Shown here: positions 40,453-53,267 of the stretch, one piece after another
Layout of the letters: every line of letters begins with the position of its first letter
Numbering within the stretch: position 1 is the first letter of the stretch
Source of the DNA: Yuukianura sp. NJ FZ-2021
Lineage: Eukaryota
Length of the DNA stretch: 64,000 nucleotides
Reading direction: 5' to 3'
Assembly (NCBI GenBank): GCA_046563655.1
Contig: CM102290.1
Coordinates: 6,634,001 to 6,698,000 of the forward strand
Program-made: the position numbers and the translations under genes
Notes under the pieces: generated by a model
Databases searched by the model: none
What the model saw: only the letters and a program-made list of their open reading frames with translations
Told to the model about the DNA's origin: nothing

Positions 40453-41333
40453 AACGGTCGAATGGCAACACTTGTAACCGCTAATATAAGGTAGCAACTT
40501 ACATTGCCAGACAGTGTATATACAGCAATTGTAACCGTTAAAAGAATAAACTTTACGGTAACAAATGGTGATCGTCAAAGGTAACTGCAACCACATTTTG
40601 AATTCAGAAACTTCTACTTTTATAATTTTCTGTTCGTAGTCAGCTGAAGTGAATTGGATGGTAGGCGGTGATTGGTTTTTTTTGTATTTTATTATAAAAG
40701 AAGTTATACTTTAAAATATTTACAATTAATTGATTTGTAATTGGAAGAAGCAGACCATGCTGCTTACCATCAGAATTCGAAGTGAAGAGATGGCAGTTCC
40801 TCTGCTCATCTTCTTCTCTTTTACACACACTTTTTCTTAATTGGATATACTTATATCTAACACGCTTTTCGACAATTTGAAATTGGCGCTTCCCTATTGA
40901 GAAGCGTCTCAAATGCCAAAACACCGCCCTCCATTGAATGACTGAGTCATTCAATTTTTGAAAAATACAAAAGAAAAATGGTGACCAATTTTAGATTAAC
41001 ATAACTAACACAAATTTAAAAATTGAAGGGTGCTCCGATGCTACTGGATTCGGTGGCTGAAGGTGGACGAAGCCTTCTTCCAGCTGCTCAGGCTGGATTT
41101 TGCCGTTTACTGGACCCTACCAGTAGATCAGAACACAAAAGATCACCCACACAATCACACATCCAAAATTCAGTCACCTTACGTTCAGTAAATTACTCTA
41201 CTCGAACGGAAGGTGTTTTAGCAAATGATTTTACCCCTAATTTGAAATTTGGAAAGAGATAAATACACTAACCGCTAAACCAACACCTAAAATTTGGAAA
41301 GAGATAGACTTAACACGAAGCCTAACTAACCAC

Positions 41334-41731
41334 CAGTGTTGGTGGACGCTTAAACTTCCAGTGGCTTAATTGCCACTTCCAGTGGATATCCACTGGAAGA
41401 AACGCGCCTGAAATGGACGAAACTAAAAGTGGATGGAAGAAATCACAAATTTTGCGGGAAATTCAAATCAATTCAAATTTAAATTTACGAAATGATATCA
41501 GAAAGCTTTACTTTCGCCATTGTAGTTAATATATTATTTAAAACGTATTCAAAAACGATATTAACATAGTTTTTGTACTGTGTTTTTATGTTTTTTAGTT
41601 TTTTGTAGTCAATTAATTGAAATTCGGAGGGCAAAGCTCCGCCCCGTTGGATTCATCCATTTCGTCCATTTCTTCCACTGGATATCCAGCCGTGGATGAA
41701 ATGTCGAAAAAGTGGATATCCACCAACACTG
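41334..41731. mobile_element. hAT MITE
   Basis: TIRs CAGTGTTGGTGGA / TCCACCAACACTG. 8-bp TSD CTAACCAC/CTAACCGC. Subterminal GTGGA repeats. Confidence 0.85.
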
Positions 41732-43110
41732 CTAACCGCTTATGCTTTGATAGCTTAACTGGTCCGTCTATAACTTGACGACTTTACGTGAAATTTAAGT
41801 ATTTCTTAATTAATTAATAGGTCATAATAAGGTCAAATTCACCTAATTCTTGGACATCTTAATGCCAAGAGTTCAAAACGGGGGTAAAAAATTTAATTAA
41901 ATGTATTTTTTTAAATTATTACACCTATTGTGATCAAAATTTAAAAACGCGTTTTGGCGCCGGTCAGACATCCGACGGATCTGAACATGACAACATTTGT
42001 GACCCCCATTTAGTTGCCCACAGGCCTCACCCCCATAGCCCTCATGGGCACAGTTGTCAAATTGTAAGGCAAGCGCCAATGACAAATGCAAATTGCAAAT
42101 GCCCTAACTCAAGGAAGCGCGCGGAACGACATTCCTTGAAGCGGCTGCTCATCGATTATACTATTGTTAGTTATTAGTAGGTTAGTGTACAGTTTCAGAG
42201 TAGGGGTAAGATGAGATGTGTTGTTGGTTTGAGGGAGATTTGAAGAGAGGCGAGGTGGAGAGCAAGTTAGGATTTGTATGTTAGTTTACAGATCAGTCTG
42301 GTTTTGTGTGTTTGAGAGTGAGGAGATCAGTTATGATTTGTTATTGAGTTGTATCACCGATTATTCAACAGTTTATTAAATATATTTTATATATTTAACC
42401 ACTGATGTGGTTCTGTGGTTTTCGGTGAGTTTCTGGCCTTTCGGGAGTTGGGTGGATCTGCGGATCAGTGATTTGGAGTCTGAGAGCGTGGCTGCGGCCA
42501 TATTGTATTGGAGTAGCGGTGTGAGGACGCTACATCCTTTGTTTCGAAACGAATGGGTATAAGGTTTAGAAATATGATATATATGTATATGCTATATGCA
42601 TATAGCGTAGGGGGCTTTTGAGGGAAATATTGCCTGAGGGAAGTTTTGGGAGGAAATTTTGCCATACCACCTTCTACGGAAATTAACATGGAGGGCAGAC
42701 AGCCAATCACAGAGGCAGAAAGGGGCGCGGAGGGTCTTCGCTCCTCCCACATTCCTTCTTCCTTTGTTCCAAACAAAGAAAGGGCAAAGTCCAAAGTTTC
42801 CAAACAAAGAAAGGGCAAAGTCCAACGTTCGTCCCGCTCTTTCCTGTGTCTGTGATTGGCTGGTGGACGGAACAAAGAAAACCAAAGAACAACGGAACCG
42901 ACGTTTCATTCTAAGTGAAGTTGGAGAAGAGAAGTCAGTTGCTTCCAACTCTTCGTCGGAGCAACATCTCTCCTCTGGAATACTGGGCGAGTAACACTGG
43001 CACCTCGCAGCCAATACACGGCACCAGGGACCCAAGAGATACCTCCTAGTAGGTTCGCAAGAACTTGAACGGACGGACCAACATCCGAGGACTCGAGCTC
43101 CAGCTGCACG

Positions 43111-46100
43111 ATGTCGGACCCCGAGGACCACCATCATCTTGTCTACGTGGATCACGACGCCATGGAGGAGGACGACGCGCAAACCTCACCACCGCAACCA
43201 ACTCCTGCATCCGGAGGACTCCCCGCTCTTCGACGTGGACGTGCATCCCAGCGCAGACCACGCACTCGAGGACCAGCGCTGTACCGCTCCGAGCCGTCGT
43301 CACCACTATCTCAACATGGATCCACCACAGCCACCTGAGGTCGAGGACCACGCACTCGAGGACCAGCCCTGTACCGCTCCGAGCCGTCGTCACCACCATC
43401 TCAACATGGATCCACCACAGCCACCAGAGGTCGGGGGCCACGAACACGAGGGCCAGGCGTTCGTCAAACTTACCAAGGTACGAACACAAGTCGGTTCGGG
43501 TTCGGTGCTGGATCGGCCAGGGTTCGGCCCAGGGTCGAACAGGGTTCGGCCCGAGGTCGAACAGGGTTCGGTCCAGGATCGATCAGGGTTTGGTTCAGGG
43601 TCGAACAGGGTTTGGTCCAGGGTCGAACAGGGTTTTATTAATAGTATATTTTTTTGTAATTCCAGAGGCTACCACTACTCAGGATTTACCCGATGATGGC
43701 TTGGACAGCGGAGCGGATTATTCTTCAAAGTCGGATGACAGTACAGCACCTCCAAGGGAACCACTGGACACGGACACGGACACCGAAGACAGCGAGGAAT
43801 CTGATGCTCAGGCGGGCTCCGCAATTGGAACACCAACATCCCTCAAATCTAGAGATGGTACGGACTGGACCACAACTACGCCACCGCAGGCGCAGACCCT
43901 CGCCCACAACATCTTTCCGTTGACTTCCGGAGGTCGAGGCCGAGCAGATGAATCCGAACATGTTCGTGACTACTTCCAGCTCTTCTTCACTGATGCCATT
44001 ATTGAAGATGTTATCTGCAAATGGACCAATCAGCATGGACGTGCCAGATACGAGGAATTAGACGCCACCAATCCACTCAACGCTCCAAGGGTTTGGAAGG
44101 ATGTCAGCGGGACCGAGATGCTCGCCTACATTGGAATTCTTCTTTATACTGGAGTAAAGAGAGGCTTCGACCAGCCGATGAAGGAATTCTGGAGTAAGGA
44201 GAAGATGACCGGCTCGTGCTTCCACAAATCTGCATTATCAATGAACCGCTTCTCAACGAACCAGGAACATCTACGGTTCGATGATACACTTGCCCGAAAC
44301 AACGCAGATCCAGACACGGTTCCACGCCTCGCTCCCGTTCGAGAATTGTTTGACCCAGTCAACGCCTGCTTCAGTGAAGTCTACACCGCCACACCCTTCC
44401 TGACGATCGACGAGATGCTGGTGCCTTTCCGGGGACGCTAGAAATTTCGTGTTTACATGAAATCTAAGCCGGCACGCTATGGTCTGAAAGTGTGGGCCTG
44501 TGTGGACGCCAGAGATGGGAATGGGCAGCGTTTCTCGGCGCCCGCCCTGTTCAGCTTCTGAGTTGGACACCCAAATTGAAAGCTCGCTCGCCCGGCTTAT
44601 TTTTTTCAAAAACCCGCTCGCCCAGTTGACCAATTGGTCACGCCAAACAAAAACCCGCCCACCCAACTGAACCCTGTACAATTCAATACTTTACAGAACA
44701 ACTAATTTTTTACGTTTCTACTTGTTGGGTGATCCAAACGTTAATTTTATCTTTTTTCTCCCTGTGTAACTGCTCCACTGCACCTTTCATCTCCTACCTT
44801 TGAGTGTTTGGAGTTTATTTGTTTTGTCCAGAGAAAGATGAAATAACTTTGGAACATCCGATATTTAGCTATTGTTGTGAATGAAAGTAGCACTACTTAA
44901 TGAAGAACCGCTCGCTCAGCTATGTAATTTTACATCTAAAATGGTTCCAGTGGTGGAAAAAACGCTTTAATCTGCTGTTTGAGAATATTACAAGTAGAGC
45001 AGTGAATAGCTTTTGACAGTTTATACGTGGCGCCGCGAATCTACTTCCGAGAAATTAGAATAGGATTTCAGAAATCAACAGCCAGTTGGGCAAAATATTT
45101 GAGTTGGGCCCCATCTCGTCTTCCTCAAAATACCCTCCCTGTTCACTAAACTCAAGTGAAAAGCTCGCTCGCCCACGCCCAACTCAAGTTTCTGCTCGCT
45201 CGCCCAATACCCAGTTGAACAGGGTGAGCAACAGGGCCCCAGTTGGGTACAGGGTCCCATTCCCATCTCTGGTGGACGCTACCAACCGGTACGTGCTCAA
45301 CATGAAGATCTACGAAGGACGAGCGCCGGGAGACCCCATCGAACGAAAGCAAGGAGTTCGCGTTGTACAGGCATTGTCGGAACCATTTCTCAACGTTGGA
45401 AGAGGCATTACAACCGACAACTCCTTTACGTGCAAGGAACTCGCGGACTGGCTGTTGGCGAGGAAGACTACCCTCCTTGGAACCATCCGCTCCAATTGAC
45501 GAGAGGTCCCGGATTCGTTTAAGTCGGAGAACACCAAGCGGCGGGCACCGGGGGACACCACTTACATCTACAGTGGCTGGGTTACCTTGATGAGCCATAT
45601 CCCGAAGCGGAATAAGAACGTCTTGCTCCTTTCGACCCAACACAATGGCCCCGGAGAAGTGAGGAAACCGCAGATGATTCAAGACTACAACGAAACCAAA
45701 GGAGGCGTGGACGCCGTTGACTGGATTGTGGGAAAGTATTCCTGTCGACGCGCATCAAAACGTTGGCCCTCCAAGATGTTCTACCACCTCATCGAGGTCG
45801 CAGCTCTGAACGCATACATCTTGTGGACCCTGAAGAACCCGAAGTGGGCGAAAGACAATGGTCGTGTCGCCCGAAGACGCTTTCTATGCCAACTCGCCAT
45901 CGCTTTGATCAGCCCCAACATTGCCGAACGTGCAGAACAGCCGACGATGCCTCACCACTTCCGGGACTCCGTTTCGGACATGGGATTCGACTTCCTTCTT
46001 CGTCGCAAGCCGATTATGTCTGGATTTGGCAAGGATGGTAAACGCACCAACCGACTCACTACCCACACCGTGCAAAGATGTTTCACCTGCAAGAAGAATA

Positions 46101-46396
46101 AGAAAGCCACTAATACCAATACGCTGTGCAACGGATGTAAACGTCCGATAAGCCGCCGTCACCAAAGCGAACGGGTCCTCTGCGACATTTGTAACAACGT
46201 GGACACGGATTCTGAAGAAGACCCTCCAGAACCTCTTCGCATCACTAGGCGTGCCAGAAGATCACTCCCGACGGCTGCAACCTTTGCCGCACCTCAACCA
46301 CCAACTGGCACCTCAACTTCCCAAGCTGCAGGACCGTCATCTGGGGTCGCCATGCACTACATTCCACCTCCCACCTATTATTCCGACTGGGATTAA
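43111..46396 (+). pseudogene. piggyBac transposase (predicted exon 43111-43477, intron 43478-43665), disrupted
   Basis: TIDEMLVPFRGR, KPARYGLK, TTDNSFT, YNETKGGVDAVD, C-terminal Cys-rich domain. Stops at 43336, 44439 and 45497, plus a MITE insertion. Confidence 0.92.
44510..45271. mobile_element. hAT MITE inside the piggyBac transposase
   Basis: TIRs CAGAGATGGGAATGGG / CCCATTCCCATCTCTG. Perfect 8-bp TSD GTGGACGC. The reading frame resumes after removal. Confidence 0.92.
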
Positions 46397-46469
46397 GATA
46401 TTTAATTATGCTTAGGTATTTGAGATAGTTACTAATTAATTTTACTCTTAGGCTTAGTCAATTAATTTT

Positions 46470-49400
46470 TGTTGTGGCTTTTTACCACATAGATTTTTAG
46501 AAATAGCAAAAACCACAGACTCAGAATAGCATCTACTTTTAGCCTTAAGCTATAGGTAGCGTCTCAACGGTCAAAAAAGAAAAAAATCAACACAGCAACA
46601 GAATAGCATTAGTATAGGAATACGAGTCTAGTTTTTACTTACACTTCAATTTCATTCATTAAGTCAGATTTTTACTTTCGCACTTTTCAATTCGCAACTT
46701 CTCACGATTAAGTTTAAATTAGTAATTAATAAAATCAAAGTCATAAAATCAATTCAATTGCTCTCCCTAACTGATCGTTTGCTACATATCGCAACATTTT
46801 ATGGTGCCGAAAGCCGGGACCTTGAGCGGATGTCAACGGAAGACTACAGTCAGCATCAACCGACGACAAACGTTTAAGGTCAAATCATCCACTAACATTA
46901 TAGTTTGGTTAATTGTTGTTTTCTGAGACTGACAGCATGGCAGCAGGAACAAAAACAACATTGGCTGATCTTCTCAAGTTACGTCAGAGCCTGGGTCAAC
47001 AGATTCAGATGCATCACAAGGTCATAGCTATGTACAATGAACAAACACCAATTCCAACAATCAGAACAGCAGAAAGGGAACTGACCAGAGTCAGGAATGA
47101 CCTTGACCTACTCCACAACAAGATCATCATCGCCACGACAAACGATGAAGATATTGAAGATCATTCAAGAACCTACATAGAGCTTGTCACTTTGATTGGT
47201 ACCATGAATGAAACGCTGATCACAATTCAGCCGGCACCAATTCCATCATCAGTACCTGGTCCATCAGCTCCTTCAACTTCTGCTCAGTCACATCACCACA
47301 ACGTCCATTCATACTTCCCAAAGATGTCATTGCCAACTTTCGAAGGAAAGTATGAAGATTGGCTCACATTTCGCGATTTATTTCGCAGTACCGTTATCAA
47401 CAACACAACCTTACCGAACAGTGTCAAGTTCTGGTACTTACACTCCGCTCTCAAGGGTGAAGCTGCTACTGTCATCAAGGGCACTCCCATCACTGATGAC
47501 AACTTCCAAGGAGCATGGCAGCTGATGGAGGAACGGTACCATAACCGAAGAGAACTCATCTTTACACTAATTGAAAAACTTGTCAATTTCCCAAAACTGA
47601 AACATGAAAATTCAGCTCAGTTGAGGAAACTGATTGATTGCTTCAAGGAGTCTCTCACACAGTTAGAGACCCTCAACGAACCAACAGAACACTGGGATTC
47701 CATCATCGTCTATCTTCTAAAAGAAAAGATGGATCCAGACTGCCGCCGTGACTGGACCAAGCAACTAAAGGGCTCAGAGGTTCCGAAATTCTCCGAAACA
47801 AAGGAATTTCTGGAAAATTACATCCGGGGACTCAAATCCACTGGATCTTCATCGTCCTCTGGATCTTCTCGCCAAAGCAAGGCTCACTCCAGTTTCACGG
47901 AAAGCAAGTCAAATGAACAAAAACATAAGTTCACTTGTCCACAGTGCCAGTTTGAACATGGTTTGTTCAAATGTGATAAGTGGCTACAATTATCAGTGAA
48001 AGACAGGTTCAGTTTCGTCAAGAAGAAAAATCTTTGCACTAACTGTCTCAGTTCCAAGCACAATGTTGGAAAGTGCCAGTCCAAGTACAGATGCCGGACA
48101 TGTCAAGAGCCACACAACACTCTACTTCATTTTGACACGGCTAAGGCTCACTCTACGTCACAACAGAATGATGTGGAGACTTCAACATTGGCAAATCATT
48201 GCTCCACCTCCAAAGTACTGTTAAGTACTGCCGTTGTCAAACTGATCGACTCAGCAGGCGAATTCCAAGAATGCCGTATCCTACTGGATCAGGGGTCAGA
48301 ATCCAATTTCATCTCTGATCGCTGTGTGACAAAACTTGGACTTGTACGTAAGAAATCTAATGTGAACATTGTAGGAATTTCAGGTTCTAATGCTGGGAAG
48401 GCACTGGGTCAAGTCACATTTGACCTGTGCTCACGCATTTCAAATTTTAAAATTCATGTCAATGCCTTAATCTTGCAAAAAGTCACAGGTTTTTTGCCAT
48501 CGTTCAAAATCAATCCGCAGAAGTGGACTCACCTCATGGGGATACAATTGGCAGATCCCAATTACACAAATCCCAGAGACGTGGACATAATTCTCGGAGC
48601 TGAGTTCACCGCCTCCATCACACTCAGTGGCAAAATCATCGGTTCGCCTCAGACTCCAATCGCCCAGGAGACAACATTTGGTTGGGTCATCTCAGGACCG
48701 ACGGGTACATCCAGTCAACCCACTGTTCACGTCAACCATGCAAGTGTTGACATTTCGCAAAAATTCTGGGAACTGGAGGAGCTGCCCAAGCGACCAAACT
48801 ACTCAATCGAGGAGCAATTTTGCGAGGATCATTTCGTCGCTACTCACACTCGAAATGAGGAGGGAAGGTACGTCGTAAGGTTGCCACTAAATGAAAACAT
48901 TTCCAAATTAGGTGACAGCCGCGACATCGCACTGCGCAGACTCCAACAAGTGGAAAAGAGGCTACGACTGAACCCAGTCCATCATCCTGCCTACGTCAAG
49001 TTCATGGATGAATATGAAAAATTGGGTCACATGGAAGTAGCGACAGAGCAACTTCCACCCGGGTCAAAGGTCGTTTACCTTCCTCACCACTTTGTACTCA
49101 AGGAGTCCAGCACCACCACCAAACTCCGAGTAGTTTTTGATGGCTCCGCAAAAACATCAAGTGACATTTCACTTAACCAATGCCTTCAGGTGGGTCCAAC
49201 GGTACAAGGTGACATTTTTCCTTACTCCTTCAGTTCCGTAAGTACCCAATTGCACTAAAGGGTGATGTAACCAAAATGTACCGACAATTTTTGGTACATA
49301 AAAATGATCAATGTTTACAATCGATTTTGTGGCGAAAGTCTCACCTTGACCCAATTCAGGAATTTAGGTTGAAGACAATCACCTATGGTACAGCCTCAGC

Positions 49401-52400
49401 TCCTTTCTCCGCAGTCAGATGCCTACGTCAACTTGCAATCGATGACGGGGACAAATTCCCATTGGCTAAAAACGCACTTCTCAACAACTTCTACGTTGAT
49501 GACTTTATGGGGGGAAGTGAGACAGAGGCAGAAACCATCAAACTTCGCCAGGAATTGACAGCACTAGTAAGTTGCGCAAAGTTGGAAATTCGTAAGTTCG
49601 ATTCCAACTCAATTTCGGTGTTAAAATCAATTCCTGACCAATTATGTGAAGTTAACCCTAATATTGATGCAAGTACACTAAATGATTCAAAGGCTTTAGG
49701 GGTGTCTTGGGACTCAAGGTCAGACACTTTCCATTTCTCAGGTTACGAGCCCAAGGCAATGACCAAACTCACAAAACGGACAGTTTTGGCAGAAATTTCA
49801 CGGGTTTTTGATCCGTTGGGATGTTTGGCGCCATTGACCATAGTGGCAAAAATCTTCCTACAGAAGCTTTGGCTGGAGGCAGTCAACTCTAAGCGCCTAC
49901 AATGGGACGACGAGTTACCATCCGAACTTCAGGAACAATGGTTACAACACCAAGGTCACATGGTCAACATTTGTCAGGTCAAAATTCCTCGGTGCATTAA
50001 ACCCGCGGGAAACTTAAAAATGGAAATTCATGCATTTTCGGATGCATCTGAAAGTGCTTACTGTGGTGCAGTTTTTTTGAGAGTATTTTTTCAGAATTCC
50101 ATCGCAGTCAACCTCATTGCAGCCAAAACCAAGGTCGCTCCAATTAAGCAACAGAGTCTCCCCAAGTTGGAACTTTGTGGAGCTCATCTTGTATCAAAAC
50201 TCGTCATGTCAATTTTGGAGTCAACACAAATCAATGCACAAGTCACTGCCTGGTCTGACAGCGAAATTGTGCTGAAATGGCTCCGCCTACAGTCACGCCA
50301 ATTAAAAACATTTGTTGCCAACCGAGTCTCAGCCATTCAGGAGAAGATTCCAGCCAAGTCTTGGAAGTTCATCCCAGGATTACAAAATCCTGCTGACTGT
50401 GGCACTCGAGGGATGACCTCAACGGAACTTCTGAACTGCGACTTATGGTGGCACGGACCTTCGTTTCTTCAAGAACATGGAATTACTACGTTTGAAACAC
50501 CAGACGTAGGTCAAATTCCAGAGGTACGCAAGGTTTTGACCTCAAAGGTCGTAAGTGACTACTCAATTTTGTCAAAATACTCAAATTTCAACAAACTGAT
50601 TCATGTCATGTGCTATGTGAAAAGGTTTGTCAATAACTTAAAAGTTCATGCAGGTCATTGCCATCCAAAACTTTTAACTGTCAACGGTCCTCTGACAGTA
50701 GAGGAACGGACATCCGCAGTTTTAGCTTTGGTCAAACTAGCTCAACAGCAGGATTTCCAACAGGAATTGGATGACCTCAAGGTCAAGGGTAAAGTCTCCA
50801 ACGAATCGAAGTTGGTTTCTATATCCCCATTTCTAGACAAGCATGGAATTCTGCGTGTCGGAGGGAGACTCAGCAATTCGTCACTTCCAGAATCGCAAAA
50901 ACATCAAATTATATTGAACGGAAAAAACCCATTGTCAACTCTAATCATCAGAAACAAACATCATCAACTTCATCATGCCGGATATCAGTTGCTTTGGTCC
51001 ACTCTGCAGACTGAGTACTGGTTCCTGAAGGCTAGAGTCACCATCCGCCAAATTCTGCGACTTTGCATGACGTGCAAAAAACTGAAGGTCAAAGTCACGG
51101 AGCAACTCATGGGTCAACTTCCAAAGGGCAGAACGAATCCATCACCTCCGTTCACACACGCAGGCGTGGACTTCGCTGGCCCTTTCATTCTACAGGAATT
51201 GACTGGTCGTGGTAAAAAACATTTTAATGGATATTTTTGTATTTTTGTTTGTTTTTCAACCAAGGCAGTTCACCTAGAGGCAGTCACAGCACTGTCAACG
51301 GAGGCATTCATTGCCACACTCAAGCGTTTTGTCTCCAGACGAGGATTGCCAGTCGCAATGTACAGTGACTGTGGCTCCAACTTCGTCGGAGCAGAGCGAG
51401 AGCTACGGGAATTGGTTCAAAACCAAAAATTCAACTCAGCAGTCACCGATTTTTTAGGTGATCGAGGTGTCCAGTGGCACTTCAACCCACCCTCTGCACC
51501 AAGTCAAGGAGGGTATTGGGAAGCTGGTGTCAAAAGCACCAAGTACCACCTACGTCGCATCATTGGTACCACTACGCTCACTTTAGAAGAGCTGTTCACT
51601 GTCCTCTGTCAGGTTGAGGCAGTGTTAAATTCTAGACCAATTTGTCCTCTGTCTCCAGATCCTAATGACTTGGAACCATTAACACCAGGTCATTTTCTTA
51701 TTAATAATGCTCTTTGTGCTATTCCAGATCCTGACTTGACCAACCAAAAGGAGAACAGACTCTCCAGGTGGCAAAGAACCACTCAAATGGTCCAGCACTT
51801 CTGGACTCGTTGGCACAAGGAGTACATTAACTCCCTTCAAGAAAAGAACAAGTGGAGGAGTCAAAACCGGAACATTGCAGTCGGTGACTTGGTCATCATC
51901 AAGGAAGATGACACTCCACAACTCAAATGGCGCATGGGCAGAGTTTTGGAAACGTTTCCTGGCCCAGACGGACTTGTTCGTGTCGTCAAACTGAAGACGA
52001 ACAAGGACTCAGTCAAACGTCCAGTCTCAAAGGTCTGCGTTTTGCTGCCAGCAGAAGATCAAAACAGTGATGATCCTGCCATTTACCGCATGAAACGACA
52101 AATACCAAATTAGTCAATTCGAAAATCATCAATCTACCAAGTTTGTATCCCAAATTAACTTTAATTTTAATCATACATTAATTTTAGAGTAGTAACTCAA
52201 TTTTTAACTTTAGTTTTTACCATTCACATACTTCAATTTTCAAAACACATTTTAATTTTAGTTTACTTTTCATAGGTTAACTGAGAGACACATCATGCAG
52301 AGCCCGTTTTCAACTTTAAAATTCAATTTAGCACTCAAAAGTGCAATCTACATGCATTTTGGATCTGTGCCCTTCAATTCTCCTGCTGTCTGTCACCTTT

Positions 52401-52916
52401 CAACAAGGTCATGCAAACGGCAAAATCCTGTCAGCTCCAGCAGGAGAGGGACTTAGTCCACCCCTCAGCCACCGATGTTGAAGGGCCCTTTCTTTCAAAA
52501 CATTCCCCGCACAGATCCTCAATTCATGTAGTTTTCATTTTCATTTTCATTTTTTGCAAAATTAGACTTAGGTCTAATTTGGGGCCCGGCATGTTGTGGC
52601 TTTTACCACATAGATTTGGAATAACAAATGTACGACATAGACTTTTAGAATAGCATCTACTTTTAGCCTTAAGCTATAGGTAGCGTCTCAACGGTCAAAA
52701 AAGAAAAAAATCAACACAGCAACAGAATAGCATTAGTATAGGAATACGAGTCTAGTTTTTACTTACACTTCAATTTCATTAAGTCAGATTTTTACTTTCG
52801 CACTTTTCAATTCGCAACTTCTCACGATTAAGTTTAAATTAGTAATTAATAAAATCAAAGTCATAAAATCAATTCAATTGCTCTCCCTAACTGATCGTTT
52901 GCTACATATCGCAACA
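46470..52916 (+). mobile_element. BEL/Pao element inserted in the piggyBac 3' UTR
   Basis: LTRs 46470-46796 and 52592-52916, PBS TGGTGCCGAAAGCCGGGA (tRNA-Phe-type). Only TTTT is shared between the flanks. Confidence 0.93.
46937..52113 (+). CDS. BEL gag-pol polyprotein with a single 1-bp frameshift at ~49220
   Basis: Gag fingers, LLDQGSE, FYVDD, FSDAS, GVDFAGP, SDCGSNF, GGYWE. The shift lies in a T/C run and could be a sequencing error. Confidence 0.88.
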
Positions 52917-53058
52917 TTTTATGGTTAGGTTAGGTTTGCTTGTAACTCATGTCAAGCTGTAGTTAGTGTTAAGCTTAATTAATTTTATGTAACTTGTCCT
53001 TTTACATAGTTTTAGTTAGTTATAGTTTTAGTTATACGTAGTTTATAAGTATATTTAT

Positions 53059-53199
53059 AAAAAATTTAAAAAGCCAAAAAAAGTTTAAAAAATTTAAAAA
53101 GTCAAAAAAAAGTTTAAAAAATTCAAAAAGTCAAGAAAAAAGTTTAAAAAAATTCAAAAAGTCATAAAAAGTTTAAAAAATTTAAAAAGTCAAAAAAAA
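53059..53199 (+). repeat. A-rich ~30-bp tandem repeat
   Basis: About 4-5 copies of AAAAA(T)TTAAAAAGTCAAAAAAAGTTT. Confidence 0.75.
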
Positions 53200-53207
53200 G
53201 GGCGGAA

Positions 53208-53267
53208 GCCAACGGTCTGTCGTAATGCTCGGCACTGATGAGACATTGGCAGTCAGAAACCGTTGGC
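53208..53267 (+). ncRNA. Type III hammerhead ribozyme fold with a one-nucleotide core insertion
   Basis: Stem III GCCAACGGU/ACCGUUGGC, GUC cleavage triplet (C53217), stem I UGUCG/CGGCA, CUGAUGA, stem II GAC/GUC, extra A, then GAAA. Confidence 0.75.

Noticed and set aside
43065..43665. N-terminal part of the 458-aa ORF as true transposase sequence
   Set aside because: It reads through a predicted intron and uses a different frame from the splice-compatible exon starting at 43111.
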